Source: Kudoa neothunni (lineage: Eukaryota; Animalia; Cnidaria). Taken from it: a stretch of 64,000 nucleotides of DNA. Location: contig OZ199839.1 of assembly GCA_964304625.1 (NCBI GenBank), positions 1,614,093-1,678,092 on the forward strand, read 5' to 3'. The position numbers and the translations under genes were made by a program. The notes under the pieces were generated by a model. That model was not told where the DNA came from, ran no database searches, and saw only the letters and a list, made by a program, of their open reading frames with translations. This document shows, one piece after another, positions 1 to 13,457 of the stretch (within the stretch, counting starts at the first letter, position 1; the number at the start of each line of letters is the position of its first letter).

Positions 1-1237
1 ATTTGGCCGATATTCAGATAAAACTGGAAACAAAATATCATGAACTCAATCATATTACTGGCATATTAATATATGAAAAACATTATGCTAATCAAATGAA
101 AATAAATATTGATAAGAGTTTAATGAACGCTTCCTCCCAGATAAAATAATTTGAGGACGTAATCGCAAAAAATAAACAACAAAAAGACACACTGTTGGAA
201 AACCTGAAACAAATAGAGGAAAAATCAAAATGCATCAGTGCCACGTTTGGAACATTTTCCAATCTGGCAGGACAATTAATTTCATTAAAAAAACTAGTAT
301 CTTCAAGGTATCAATAAAAATTTGAATGGATTGAGTCGGAAAAGGATAATCTAACTAAATCCAAGAACTATAAATTGTCGCAGATAAAATCAAATCAAGA
401 TATAACAATTGAACCATTAAATAAATACTTTAAAAAAGTTAATAATCTTCAATCTATAGCTAACAATGCTAGAATGGACCTACCCTCAAAATTGTTACAG
501 ATAATAAAAAAAATAACCAACTGAATGATGATATCAAATCTAAGTATGCATAATTAGTAATAAAATTACATAACAGTTTTTCGAGTGGGATTCACTATTA
601 TCGTAATGAAAAAAACAAAATAATGACTCAAAATAATATACTAGTACAACAAATCAACGGGCACCTCCACGTTGTAAACAGCATAATTGAGAAACTCGTT
701 GGTTCAAGTTTGGAGGAACTATCAGAAGAATTCTTCGAAGATTCAGAAGCTAATAAACGGTCAGCGGAAGGATTTATTTTACAAAACAAAGATACAACAT
801 TCAATGTTTCAATGTATGAATCAAATGCGGACGAATCGTGTGACCTAGAATTTTCAGAAAGGATGGAGGATATTCCACGAGACATAATATCTATTGAAGA
901 AATGTTCAAATTATTAGCCGATAAAAACAATAGGAATGATGTTGTGGGCCAAAATATTATAAATCAAAAACTAGAAAAACTGGAAAACATCGACAATCCA
1001 GAATCGGTGCCAGAATTTCCCAAAGAACTCCTTACAACAATTACGACTGATCGTGACGTTGTCCAAGGTCGGATAAATAATATATAAACATTAGATTTCA
1101 TAAATTTTGTTATTTTCCTATTATTTATTATGATTATTGTAATGGGAATGCACGTCATTAGAAAACTTCGTCAGAAAAACAAAGAAAAATTATTATATCA
1201 AAAATGCGACCAAGTTTACATTCCGGTTAAAGTATAG
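1..1237 (+). pseudogene. 3' part of a long helical/coiled-coil protein gene with a C-terminal transmembrane anchor, apparently disrupted
   Basis: Frame 3 is open from position 3 to about 520 except for two in-frame TAA codons (about 147 and 315). After a frameshift in an A-run near 510 it continues into ORF 623-1087. After a probable short intron near 1068-1094 comes FINFVIFLLFIMIIVMGMHVI (hydrophobic), then RKLRQK (basic stop-transfer) and a short tail ending TAG near 1237. Confidence 0.5.
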
Positions 1238-2508
1238 TATCCAACTGGTTTACCGGTTAAAAAATGTAGATTTTTAGTGCTTGAACTAATAATTATATAT
1301 TTTCTGTTGTACAACTGTTTACCGGTCTTTGTTGTTTTTGTCTCCCTCCGCCATTTATTTATCTACAATCAATTAAATATTTCATATCAGTTGTTCATAT
1401 ATATATACAGTCAAACGTGGTTTACCCGAATTCAGTTTAGTCGAACAGGAGGCTATCCGGAAAACTTTGAATTTTCTTTCAAATTCATATATAAATAAAA
1501 AATTTTCTTTTAGTCGAAACCTTAACAACCTCAATCCGAAGCAACTTGGGCTGGAACTTTGGATAAAATACTCGAAACTTGGACAAGCAATCAAGTATAA
1601 ACTTAAATCAAATAAATAACAATCAAATGTATCATAAAAATAAATTCAAATAGAAACATAATGGCATAAATAATATGGGGTAATTATAAGCCTGTGGCAC
1701 CTAAAAAACACCTCTTTGCACATCATATTTGTCGTTAATTTTTTGGCGATTCTTATATATAAAGTAAATAAATATGGAATGTAAAAATTCAGCTTCATGA
1801 TATAACTTAATTTTAGCCAAATCCCATTTCGAGCAACATCGTCCCCATGTGTAATCTCTCTTTTGCTTGCTTAAACCAGCCAATTTCATTATTTGTCAAC
1901 ATAATTATTTAGCCAACAAATGAGTTTAAATGCTCTATATAATGGTGTTTTATTTTTCAAACTGATCAAATCGATTTGTTCATACTCAGCCGATGAAATA
2001 TGAATTTTATTGATTTATTATATTAAAAAAAGATGACTAGTTTATAAATATTTTAGATAGAATTTATTCTCTGGTTAAACATATACGGATGAATCTGTTT
2101 GAAAATTCGGCCATGAAAAATTTTAATATTGTTTAATTTTGAAAGTCGGCGTTTTAATATGTCCATTATCCTATATAAAAATTATAAACTATCATATTTG
2201 TCAACAAATAATAATTATAATACAGCAGTTATCAAAATATAAAATTGACAATTGTTAAATTTTTGTAGATAAATCTATTCAAGATATTTGTTTCTCACAT
2301 ACTTTCTGAATTACTCTATTTGAGTAAATGTAAAAAATCTGTAAGGTTAAAATAAACACTTTTTAATACTACTAGCACGAATTGCCTAGCGTTGCTTGGG
2401 GAAAATTTCGCCTAGTAACTTGTTTTAATAGCATTCAAAAAATATATTGAAAGTTCGAATTAACCCATAGAAATAAGATAACTAAAAAGTTTTAAGAAAC
2501 ATACTTAA

Positions 2509-5500
2509 CCCTACCGGGACCAACCGAGGTATTTCGTGACCCCATTTTTCGTATTTTTTGATTTTTCTGTTTAAAAAAAGATTATACACGTCTCACAGTT
2601 TTTGTAATCCAATGAAATGTAATGTTCAATTTTTTTTAAGTTATAACTTAAAAACTATCAAGATGATATGAGATATAATGATTTTAAGTTAACACATATC
2701 AGTAAACCTTGGCTAAACGTGGACATAATAATTTTATTTGTAGAATTTAGGTAGTGAAATTAAATAAAATTCATCTGAAATATTGAAAATTTATGAAACC
2801 AAGTATGGGAGGAAACATTTTGATTTTACCACTCACTTGTCGGGTGATTCCGAATAACTTAAGGGCGTAGTTGGGGTCGGAATACCGCGAGAAGTAAACA
2901 TTAGGAACGGATAAGTAAAATTACGCGGGCAATTCGAAATGAAATTTGTATTTAGTCATGTCGTATTACAAAGATCTGAATAAACTAATTGATGATAATG
3001 TAGAGACTGATCAAAGCTCCGATAACGACCTTGAATTTGAAGGTGACCTATCAGATGCCTCATATTATGAGGATATTGAGGAGGATTCAGACCCATGTTC
3101 TAATTCTCAAAATGATGATGAATGCCAAACTGAGAACGATAAATCAATGTCGAAATAAGGAGTTCTGTGGGATATTACAAATCAAACAAGAACGCGAACT
3201 AGAGTTCACAATATCGTCACAAGTAACTCGGGACTTTTAGGTGATGCTAAAAACGTGAACAGCATTTCTGATTTCTTTCAACTTTTTATGTCTGACTCCA
3301 TTCTAGAGAAGATTCTAAATTACACGAATAATTTTTGTGATTCCAATAGCAAGTATGGAAATGAAAAAAAATAACCATTGAAGAGTTAAAATCTTTTATT
3401 GGGATATTAATTGCTTCTGGGCGATGTAATGGTTCAAAATTATCATTAAAAACATTTGGGATACAAACCCGCTATTCAAACAATTTTTTTTTCTGTAGCC
3501 ATGGCAAGAAATCGTTTTTCTCATATATATAGAGTAATACGGTTTGATGATAGACAAACCAGACAATTTAGATTTAATTTATCTAATGATAAATTCGAAC
3601 CCATTCGGGAAATTTTTAATGAAATAAATGATTCTTTCAAAAAAAACTATTCTCCTGGTTCTCACATAACCGTCGATGAAATAATGGTGTCATTTCGCGG
3701 AAGATACCCGTTTCGAGTGTACATAAAAAATAAACCCGCTCGCTACGGTATGAAGTTATGGGTAGCCGCGGATGTCGAGACGTCGTATTTATTAAATATT
3801 AAACCCTACACAGGTAAGATTGGAGGCATTAGAGATTCAAAACAGGGGGAAAAGGTTGTCAGGGAACTAAATGAAACATTTTTTGGATCAGGTCGTGGTG
3901 TCACCACTGATAATTTTTTTACAACGGATCTGCTAGCAACTTTCTTGTTAAAAAATAAAATTACATTAGCGGGCACTGTTAGGCGCAATAACACGTACAT
4001 TCCTCGACATTTACTGAATTTTAAAAATCAACCTGAGCTTTCGTCCACTTTTTGTTTCTATAAAGACATAACAATGATGTCATATATCCCAAAAAAGAAT
4101 CGGGCTGTTTATTTATTATCCAGTGAAATAAATGATGGTGAAATAGAAGCGGGTGTGAGAAAGAGACCAACAATTATTCTCCACTACAATAAACCTAAAA
4201 GAGCGGTTGATAATGGTGACAAAATGAACAGGTTGTACAGTTGTTCAAGATCAACTGGAGGGTAGCCTTTACGTATGTTCATGGATTTGGTGGATATATC
4301 AGCTCTCAGTGCTTGTCATATGGACGTCCAAATTCCCTGATTGGAGAACTAACGTTCGAAGTCGCAGACAACATTTCTTAAGAGATCTGTGTATCGATTT
4401 AGTACAGTCGAATGTGTTACTTCGTCAAACTGCGGGTTCCAATTATCAATCACACATAAAATACAGTTTTGAACTGTTTAACAAGTACACAAATAATAAT
4501 GATATATCCGATTCGATAGGGTTGAATCCTGTATATAAAAGATCAAGGTGTGTGTTTTGCTCAAGAAATACTGATCGAAAAGCCAACGTAAAGTGTCATA
4601 ATTGTAAAGGACCTATCTTCTCATCACACAGATTTAAAAAGAATGTTGCCTATTGTCAAACATGTAATGTAGATAGTGATTGTTATTTTTGCGCATAAAT
4701 TGAACTACCTTATTCTCCAAAAAATTTTAACATTAATTTTGAGCGACTATCTAAATAACTGAGTTAATTAAGCTCATATACTACCTCTTCGATTAAGGAA
4801 ATTTTCTAATAAAGGTACTTAAAAATGGTGTCGTTTATTACCATGTCTAACTCGAATAGAGTTAAATTTATATAATCTTATAAACTTTACATAGTTTATA
4901 TGTATAATAGAGTTTATTCCCAGTTTAAGAAAAGTATTTTTATTTCTGCGATCAATATAAGTGAATACTAACAATATTATTAAATATTTCTCCAGTTTTA
5001 TCGAGATTTTCTTATTAGATTATTAACTTCTAAATAAAAATATATTTTTATTTCAATACAATTTTATTTCCGAGGATTTTCATCTTTGGTTTTATTACGC
5101 AAACATCGTTACAATTAATCATAGTATCCAAATCTCTAGAATACGCCAATCATGCCAATAAAATAAGAGTTACAATATATAATTTTAAACCAAATAATCA
5201 GTATTACTCCTAAATATAAATTTCGATGAAGGAAACTCTTTATTTTGGGAGGATATTACAATCTCACTTTAATCTCAGATTATTGTTAAGCTCGGCGAAG
5301 TTCTCCGCAAAATGTGCTTAATGGAGAAGCATGATCTTCTGTATTTTCTCTGTTTAAAAATTGTTTCAATGTCGGGGTTCCTTGTGAATAACTTTAAATA
5401 TAAAAGTATGGTGTGTTGTCTGGTATATATTAATGAAAATTTTTTGTTTTGACTCAAATTTTTGTGATTTTCCGATGAATAATTATTGTGATTTATATTG

Positions 5501-5674
5501 ATGATGTATTCGCTGTATAAAGTTCTAACAGGTTAATCTAGTTATATTAAATGCATTAATTATAAAACTTACTTAACTCGTCAAAAAAATGTAATAATAA
5601 GTAAAAAATCACTGGGATCAAAAAAGACCCCGTTGGGAACACGCGTTTTTTCCATGAGCTCGGTCCCGGGAGGG
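2509..5674 (+). mobile_element. piggyBac DNA transposon, full length, decayed
   Basis: TTAA at 2505-2508 and 5675-5678. 13-bp TIRs CCCTACCGGGACC and (rc) CCCTCCCGGGACC. Internal transposase present. Confidence 0.95.
2958..4698 (+). pseudogene. piggyBac transposase (PGBD4-like), with stops and frameshifts
   Basis: Acidic N-terminus. DDD motifs TVDEIMVSFRGR, TTDNFFT and AVDNGD. C-terminal Cys-rich domain RCVFCSRNTDRKANVKCHNC. Split over ORFs 2946-3158, 3456-4265 and 4309-4698. Confidence 0.93.
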
Positions 5675-6864
5675 TTAAACGATTCGGATTATGAAATTTA
5701 AATTATGATAATTTTTTTTAAGGAGTGTTCCAATCCCGGCATTCATTTAAAAATTTCGTGGCTCGGCATTAATGCCTATATAAGTTAAGGTCAGCGTCAT
5801 TAGTGTTTAAATTCCCGAATTATTTATATTACATTAAAGTGTTATCTAAAATGTTATTTTTTATAATGAGGATTTTTAAAAGTCGAATTCGGGCCTAGAT
5901 CGAAAACTGTGTGCACCAGTAACTTTTTAAAAGATGAAAAATAGAATAAGTAATAGAGATAGAAGAAAACGTATGAAAATAATTGATATTGCTAAAATTA
6001 GAAGGAGTAAGATTGCAACCATCTGCATTGAATTTAATCACTGAAAGTTCAACATAACGGACGATTTCAATGAAATCTACGGACATGGTGCTTGTATTAT
6101 AAAGATTCAATCCATCTGATGTTCGCATACACAATTAATTTGCTAATAATGAAACAAATATAGACTTTTTGTTGCATTTAAAACCAGTAATAGAAACTTC
6201 ACAGTATGCTTATCAAGTCATATACGTTAAAACTCAAATAAGGAGTGTATTTGCACAAGCATACAAGCAGAAACGCCAACATTATATAAAAAGTCAGACG
6301 ATATCGCGTAATTTAAATTTGATAAAGCATATAAAGGAGAAAATTATACCGACATCACTCATTTTACGTGATAATTTTTATTTATTATTTTCTGGTATAT
6401 TGTCTAAGTGTACACGAGCATTTAATTATTTTGATACACAGATTATTGATTTTTTCAATGTTGCTTCAACTAAATTTAGAAAAAGTTAAGTTGAAAACAT
6501 TAATATATCTAATGAATTCTTAAATAACTAATATATCGTTACTGGAATAGTTCTTCCTCATTTAAGGTAACATCGGGTTTTTAACTATAGAAGAAAAGAC
6601 TAAAATATAAATATTTTCAAAGATGGATTCATAATAATCTAACTCAACTTATGATAAATTGTTTATAAAGTGGTGTTGACAAGATATATCTCTTAGCTCA
6701 TGGCAAATCGGTACCATTATTCAATCAGGTATTCCTCAAGATTATAGAATGGTATCCCCTTTATACGCGATGAAATTTGGTTTTTGATCTCCCTCATCAT
6801 CCTTGTATAGTATTTGTGGTGGCACCATTCTGTACATGTCCCTTTGAGTGGTTGATCTTAATAC

Positions 6865-8150
6865 CAGGGGTGGTCAAAAATAAATTTTAATAACTGGAGA
6901 TCACTTTATATCTCGGCATACAAATTTTACATTAGCTATTTCGGTCGTAAATAATAGTAACGATAAATTTATCATACTTTTAAACATTAATATAAAGTTT
7001 AAGTTGGGGAATTTAATTACTGATTATAATGTCTGAATAATTATATTTGAAATCTCATAGAAGGCGTTCAATATTTTATTAAAAAAACTTTTCCTTATTG
7101 AAAGCATTTAGAATTTGAACCTAATTGTGTAGCGAATAACTGAACGCTTATTTAAATCACATATTCAGGTATAAAAAGAAATAAAATTAAACATATGTGT
7201 TTTCGCCTATTATTTTATGCTTATTTTTTGAATGAATAATAACGGCCAATATAAATAATAAATTTTGACACACAAGATAATACATAAAGTAAATAAAATA
7301 ACAGGACGATATAATTAAGAAGAATTAACTATACCTTGTAAATTTGATGAAAAAGTGTGTATACAATTTTTACTACATAATCTTGTATTTGCTTTTAGAA
7401 ATAATTGCGTTTCTAGATTTATGGGGAATACATTTGACGGTGGTCGTCAAAGGTATAACCAGCAAACCTAAATAATTTTCAAACCAGATTAGATGATAGA
7501 ATAAATTTAGTGCCCATGTAATGAGAAATTTCAATTGTTTTTTTACCAATTGTCGGTTTCTTAGGGCATTAAATACAAAATAGTCGGATTCAATGCGAAC
7601 CTCAGTTTCTTGTATTGAAATTTATTCGGACAATTTTAGATTGAACACATCAAGTTTTCCTTCAGACGTTAATTCATCAATTCTATCCTCTTTAACCTTG
7701 AAAGTGCCATTTTCAAAATTCTTTGAATGTATAATATTTGGATTTTTACACGGAAGTTCATACCATATCGGATACTCTTCAATAACTTCGCTAAATAAAT
7801 ATCTTGCATCTGTCATAGAAATATCATCTTTTTGCGGAACAAAAGCTATTGAATGAAATTTATTTAAATGGAAACATTTCAGACAATTATAAATATTCCC
7901 TTGGCGTTAAAAGATAATCCATCATATTTTTTCGTAGACAGAAGCGAGTTAAGCTAAATAACACATTATCTTTTCGCACCTGCCAACAATTTCAACTTTA
8001 TTAGAACATCTCGTATCATTTCTTAGAATAAGTCACACATAAGTAAATAGCCCCAATAGAGCAGAAAATGTTCGATCCAAATTATATTGTATTAGAAATT
8101 TGTTTTCGTGAAAAGATATAATTGAAATTAATTCCAGTAAATTACATCAG
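6865..8150 (-). mobile_element. Decayed hAT element fragment
   Basis: hAT-type terminus CAGGGGTGGTCAAA at 6865. Minus-strand remnants LRNDTRCSNK (cf. hAT xDTRWSS) and LLVIPLTTT (cf. dimerisation domain). Other end not located. Confidence 0.45.
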
Positions 8151-8232
8151 CTACAATTAATTATTGAAATTTTAAAGTCTACTGCAATCAATCTATTTTT
8201 TTTTCTCAATTAATATTTGACTATCCCTCAAT

Positions 8233-11200
8233 GGGGGAATATACGTCTCACCAATTTCGGCCTTTTCTGCATGTTCGATATTCCCGATTTTATTCAAAAC
8301 TTATTGTAAACGATTTTTAATTATTAAGTGAACAGAAAAAACTCAAAATTCATTCCCTACATAAATACGGAAACATCTGTCTTCGGGCAAAATCGTTACG
8401 CGCGCACGATTTTGGCCATTTTGGTCTTTCCTTGGTTTCAACTCTTCTTAATCATTAAAACAACTTTTACACAGCTAGTTTCTTCTTATTATTATTATTA
8501 TTTAAAAAATCTAAAACGATCTATTACTGTTATGCATTATACACTTAAAAAGTTATAGGAAGAAAATGCAATTTGTATATGCCAGATTTCAATTCCTAAC
8601 TCAACAAATTTAATAAGATATTTGGTTAATGTTTACAAAAGGACGGTAGATAATCCCTTAATCTCCTAAGCTAAGTTGTAATACTTCAAGATAAATATTT
8701 AAGCTTGGGCGTATTTTATTGTATGCCAAATGCCGTTCGATTACCATTATTTCAATTTTAAAGATATTGAAAATATTGATGAACTTAATTATTTGACATC
8801 TGTCAATACAAATATCACACAAAACCATTAATTGAGCTTCTCCAGAGGTTAAAATTAATTCCCACTGTTATGATCCATGAATGTGGGACTATTATGTTCT
8901 TGATTCAAAGGAACAAGCGTATGTATGAGTATTGCTTTTATTGTTCACCTTAATAAAAGAATTATCTACTAGAAAAAAAATCTCTTCGAGGATTCTAAAC
9001 TGACTCTTTTCGATTATATATTGCGTGTGTTTTAAAATGGACACATTTGACATATTATCAAGAGAAGTAATCATTCGGTCAAGCAAAACAATTGTGGATT
9101 GGATATATTTTATTAGAGAAATATTTTCAATCGCATTTTGGAGAACAAGGAACCAATAGATGGTCCAGGAATCAATGTTCAAATCGACGAGACCCATCTC
9201 GTCAAACGAAAACAAAATATAGGACGGATTCCTACCCACCATGATACTTGGATTGTTGGGAGAATAGACTCCAACAATAAGATTTTTTTGAAAAAACTTT
9301 AATAAGGGACCAAGCAACCCTTGAGGACATGATTTGTAGAAATGTCACCGAGGGATCCCTAATTGTAACGGATGGTTGGCCTTCATGTTCACTTCTGACT
9401 GAATTGGGATTTCAACATTCTGTTGTAATCCACAAATACGAATTTGTAAATTTCGGAAGGACTTCACCCAAACAAAATAGAGTCGACTTGGAATGCTCTC
9501 AAAAGATCCTTTCAACATGTCACTAATAAAGGGAAGACATGATTGATTCGTATATAGCTGCCTACATGTTTAGGAAAGACGAAAAAAATTCTTTTCTAAA
9601 TTGCTAAAGGCCATTAGTAGCATATATACATTTTGAGAAACTATCATTGACTATTCTAAATTATTACAGTCGTCATTTTATTTTTTGAACTTTAAGTAAC
9701 GCATGTGTTTTTTATTTCTTATGAATAAAACGATTTTTTCATATTATTAATTTATTAAGTACTTTTCTAAATCATATTTGAATATTTTATTAGTAAATTT
9801 CCAACGTTGTGAAAATTGCTTGATTTACGTATGAAAAAGGGAATTCATTTATAATAATAAATTTGATAAAAATAAATTCATATATTAAGTTGATATATTT
9901 TATGTACAACTAATTTAACAATCTAAAAATTTTAAACTAAATAATTATAAAGTTGTTATTTGTTCAGCCAACTTGTAATAATGACAACAAAAACCATTTT
10001 GAAACAAATGTTCTTTTATTTGTTGAGGTTTTAGAGATAAAACCTATTTATCTTCTTAAATCTGAATTAAGGGCATATGGGGAAATTTTATAAACTAAAA
10101 ATCATTGTCACTTTTCTCAATAATTTCTTAAAGAAAATATTTTTAAATTAATGGATATAGAAATTGTCTAAGTTTTTTTAGACATTATATTCAGTCTAAA
10201 GATTAAAAAATTGTTAATCGAATTAAATAAAAGATTTCAACACAAATAATTACACAAAAATCTTAAAAAATATTTATATTATAGATAAAAACTAAAAAGA
10301 ATAATGTAATAGCGCGCGCTTTAATGAGTTTGATTCCGGTAATGCGGGTTAATCCCACGCCACAAATCGTTTTTGAAATTTACTTCTGTAATTTTTTAGT
10401 TTTCATAAACACTTATAATTACATGTATTCTACTGGAATATGTATAACTTAATCTATTAAGAAATGTCAACAATATAAATTCTCGAAGATTGAGATTTTC
10501 AAATTAATCGTACAATGCGAGTTTTTATCCCGGCGGCCGCATGAAGATTAAGGGATTATTTTATTGTCCTTTTGTAAACATTAGCCAGATACTTCACTAC
10601 ATTAGTTTTAGTTTATATATTTTTTTATAATTATTGATAGTGGTTGTTGACGAAATAATCATAAAAATACAATAGCACATGATTATATGGTTGATTTATT
10701 GTGATTTACGTTTGAATTTTATGTTAAAATTATTTTTTCTGATTTATAAATATCTAATGATTACATTTTTAAATTTAGGGACTACAAAGACATTTTTAGA
10801 TCTTGATAATATATTTATGTCTAGAAATAACTTATCATTCACATTATTTTAATATTATTACTTTTACATAAAATTGTAAAAGAGAATTTGTTGTGTTATT
10901 TTTAAATTATAAATTTCTAATGGATTAAATACTGAATTAATGTTGTAAGATGGAACTAACGAATAAATATTAAACATCATTATGATCATTCATAATATTG
11001 CTGTTGCATAGATTTAATCTTATGCGGCAATATTACCGTTTTAAAAATTTAGACGACTGAAGCTACATGCTAATATATATTATTGTCAATGTTAATTTTT
11101 ATTTCGTAATGTAATTACCTTTTCCAAGCTCAACAAAATTATTCGCGCTTACTCATTTATATCAACTGAAAAACTAGTTTTAACGATACACCATCTTAAA

Positions 11201-11878
11201 TCGGTACTTATTAGTAACTTTTAACGTTATAATAATATTTTCTGCATATCTACTTTAGAAGGTTAAGAAAACTTTGTACCTCTAAAATTGCTTTATTTGA
11301 TCGATTAAATTGTATGGTATGATGAAATTGTTACGCGAGCCAGGAGTTCAATATTGTAAAGACAGCGAAAGAAGACACAATATGAAATTAGACAACAGGA
11401 TTAACAAATCAACAAATATTTAATACTGTTATTGTAAATATACTTATTTGTTAATCCTTACAAATATATAATAGATTACAGCACTTATTACTGATAACAA
11501 ACATAACGCCGAAAGTAACCTACTTGCGATGGAACACCGATAAATCCAAAAATTTTAAAATAAAAATGAACAGGGTCGATTTTTATCGTATTCGTTAATT
11601 TAGGCTAAGGCCATCATTATCCAATTTAAGCGAAACTAGCTGTACAAAAGTTGTTTTAATGATTAAATAGAGCTGAACGCAAAGGAAGACCAAAATGTGC
11701 ACAAGCGCGCGCACCGATTTCGCCGAAGACAGATGTTTCCGTGTTTGTTTAGGGAGTGAATTTTGAGTTTCTTCTGCTCAATTAATATTTATTTAAAAAT
11801 CGTGTACAACGAGTTTTGAATTAAATAGGGAATATCAAACATGCAGAAAAGGCGGAAATTGGTGAGGCGCATACCCCC
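8233..11878 (+). mobile_element. Merlin (IS1016/ISXO2-like) transposon with about 250-bp TIRs
   Basis: 8233-8482 is an imperfect inverted copy of 11632-11878, and both begin GGGGG. A second inverted pair lies at 8615-8664 / 10545-10594. Contains a Merlin transposase. No TSD recognised. Confidence 0.8.
8730..9620 (+). pseudogene. Merlin/ISXO2-like DDE transposase pseudogene
   Basis: DGPGINVQIDETHLVKRKQNIGR and EGSLIVTDGWPS...GFQHSVVIH match IS1595/ISXO2-family motifs. Multiple frameshifts. Confidence 0.85.
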
Positions 11879-12126
11879 TATTACCTGTTTTTGTAAGCAA
11901 AGGAAGATTACACATGGGAACGATATTGTTCGAAATGGGATTCGGCTAAAATTTAGAAATAATTTCCTGAAGCTGAATGTTTGCACTCAACGCTTATTTA
12001 TTTCATTAACTCTTCAAGCATGCCAAAAACGATTCCACACCAAGCAGTTATGGGGTCCAGGGAGACCCCAGATTTTTATTGCTTATTTTGATACAAAATT
12101 TTATGAAATATAATTATATTCTTTAA

Positions 12127-13457
12127 CCTTCTAAGCGTCCTTGGGATCCATTGGACCCCAATGAATGCTTGAATCAATTTTATTTAGAGAATCTAAAATT
12201 ATATCAGTGAATTTAAGATCACATCTATTCTCCTACAAATATGAGCTCTATTAAAATATCACATAATATTTCAATTTGTACATTGAGGTCATGAATTAAT
12301 CAGAGTACTTTCATATTCCTTCTTTTTGGGTCCAATGGATCCCACGTATTTTTCTATCAAACAACAAAGAAACATAATTCACAACAATTTCGAGAATTAA
12401 ATAAAATTTTATCGAGAGAAAACAGAGAAAAATTGAAAAAACCATACATACGTTAAATACCGATCATTGTCGATGAGTAATACGCCGCCATAAATGGTTC
12501 TGAGCGTAATATTTTGGATGAATTTGAATCCGATATCAATGAATTTTATGATATCTTTTGATAATTATGCCATTATAATGTTTCTGAAAATAACAAAATC
12601 TATCGAAACATATACGAAGATAAGGATGACGTTAATTGGTTCTCTGAGAAACTTCAAATAATTAAAAGATCCATACGAAATATTTGTCAACATCTCAAGG
12701 TTCACATTCCCACGCTTTAAATAGAATAAACTCATTAGTTGATGCATTCCTCATATTTTATGGTGAGTCTTTTTCTCAACTGTTATTTCGAATTCTAACA
12801 AGTTTGACAATTATAATTATCAGCATTATTTGAAGATATGGCAAACCAACAGTTATTAGCTTATATCGGAATCCTTGTTTATATGTTAATTCCCAAATCT
12901 AAATTATAAATACTCGAATTTCTTTGTCACGAATGATGCTGTTATTGTTCAAGATCTCGAGACAGGAAAGCGAGGAATTTTTTATGTTTGTAGAACCAAC
13001 CGTAATAATTACAATTCAAATTTGTTTGCGTAATATATCGTAACACTAAAAAGTGAAATAATATAAATAGCTCGCATTTTATCTATTTTGAAACAATATG
13101 CATCGCTGGTTTTATTGGGCGTGATTATTAAGAAATTAATTTTAAAGGAAATAATTTTTAAGACTTTGTTAATGTGTATTAATATATATTTTTGTTAAAA
13201 TCCATAAGATTAAAAAATAAAGTTAAAATTATTAAATTTGATGAATAATTTTACTTATAAAAAGTTTCGGCATTTATCGCCAACAACCGGCGGTGTTATA
13301 ATTGCGTTATTTTTCAATATTTTATCGATAATTTTCTCTCATACCTTAGTGAATTACTTTTTACATTTTCCCCCATAATTCAAGTTAAATAAAATATGAG
13401 ATCCATTTGACCCCAAAAGAAGGAATGTGTAAAGTAGATATTCAGGCGCTGGGAAGG
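12127..13457 (+). mobile_element. Non-autonomous, internally deleted piggyBac (related to the 50057-52267 family)
   Basis: TTAA on both sides (12123-12126, 13458-13461). TIR CCTTCTAAGCG / (rc) CCTTCCCAGCG. Subterminal GGGTCC..GGACCC palindromes. An N-terminal transposase remnant is joined directly to a CRD remnant (CCYCSRSRDRK, about 12937). Confidence 0.85.

Larger units (their letters stand above)
2372..5872 (-). mobile_element. Probable short non-autonomous Helitron (about 330 bp) split by a piggyBac insertion
   Basis: The minus strand ends with a GC hairpin-like CCCCAAGCAACGCTAGGC followed by CTAG|T (2372-2400). A candidate 5' end A|TCCTCATTATAAAA lies at 5872. No TSD, as expected for Helitrons. 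Confidence 0.4.

Noticed and set aside
8730-9620. IS1595/ISXO2-like transposase as bacterial contamination or recent HGT
   Set aside because: It sits among intron-containing genes and matches the eukaryotic Merlin superfamily.
11335-11352. GAGCCAGGAGTTCAA resembling a Pol III B-box or SINE
   Set aside because: No A-box, cloverleaf or tail. No tRNA or rRNA genes were found in the window.
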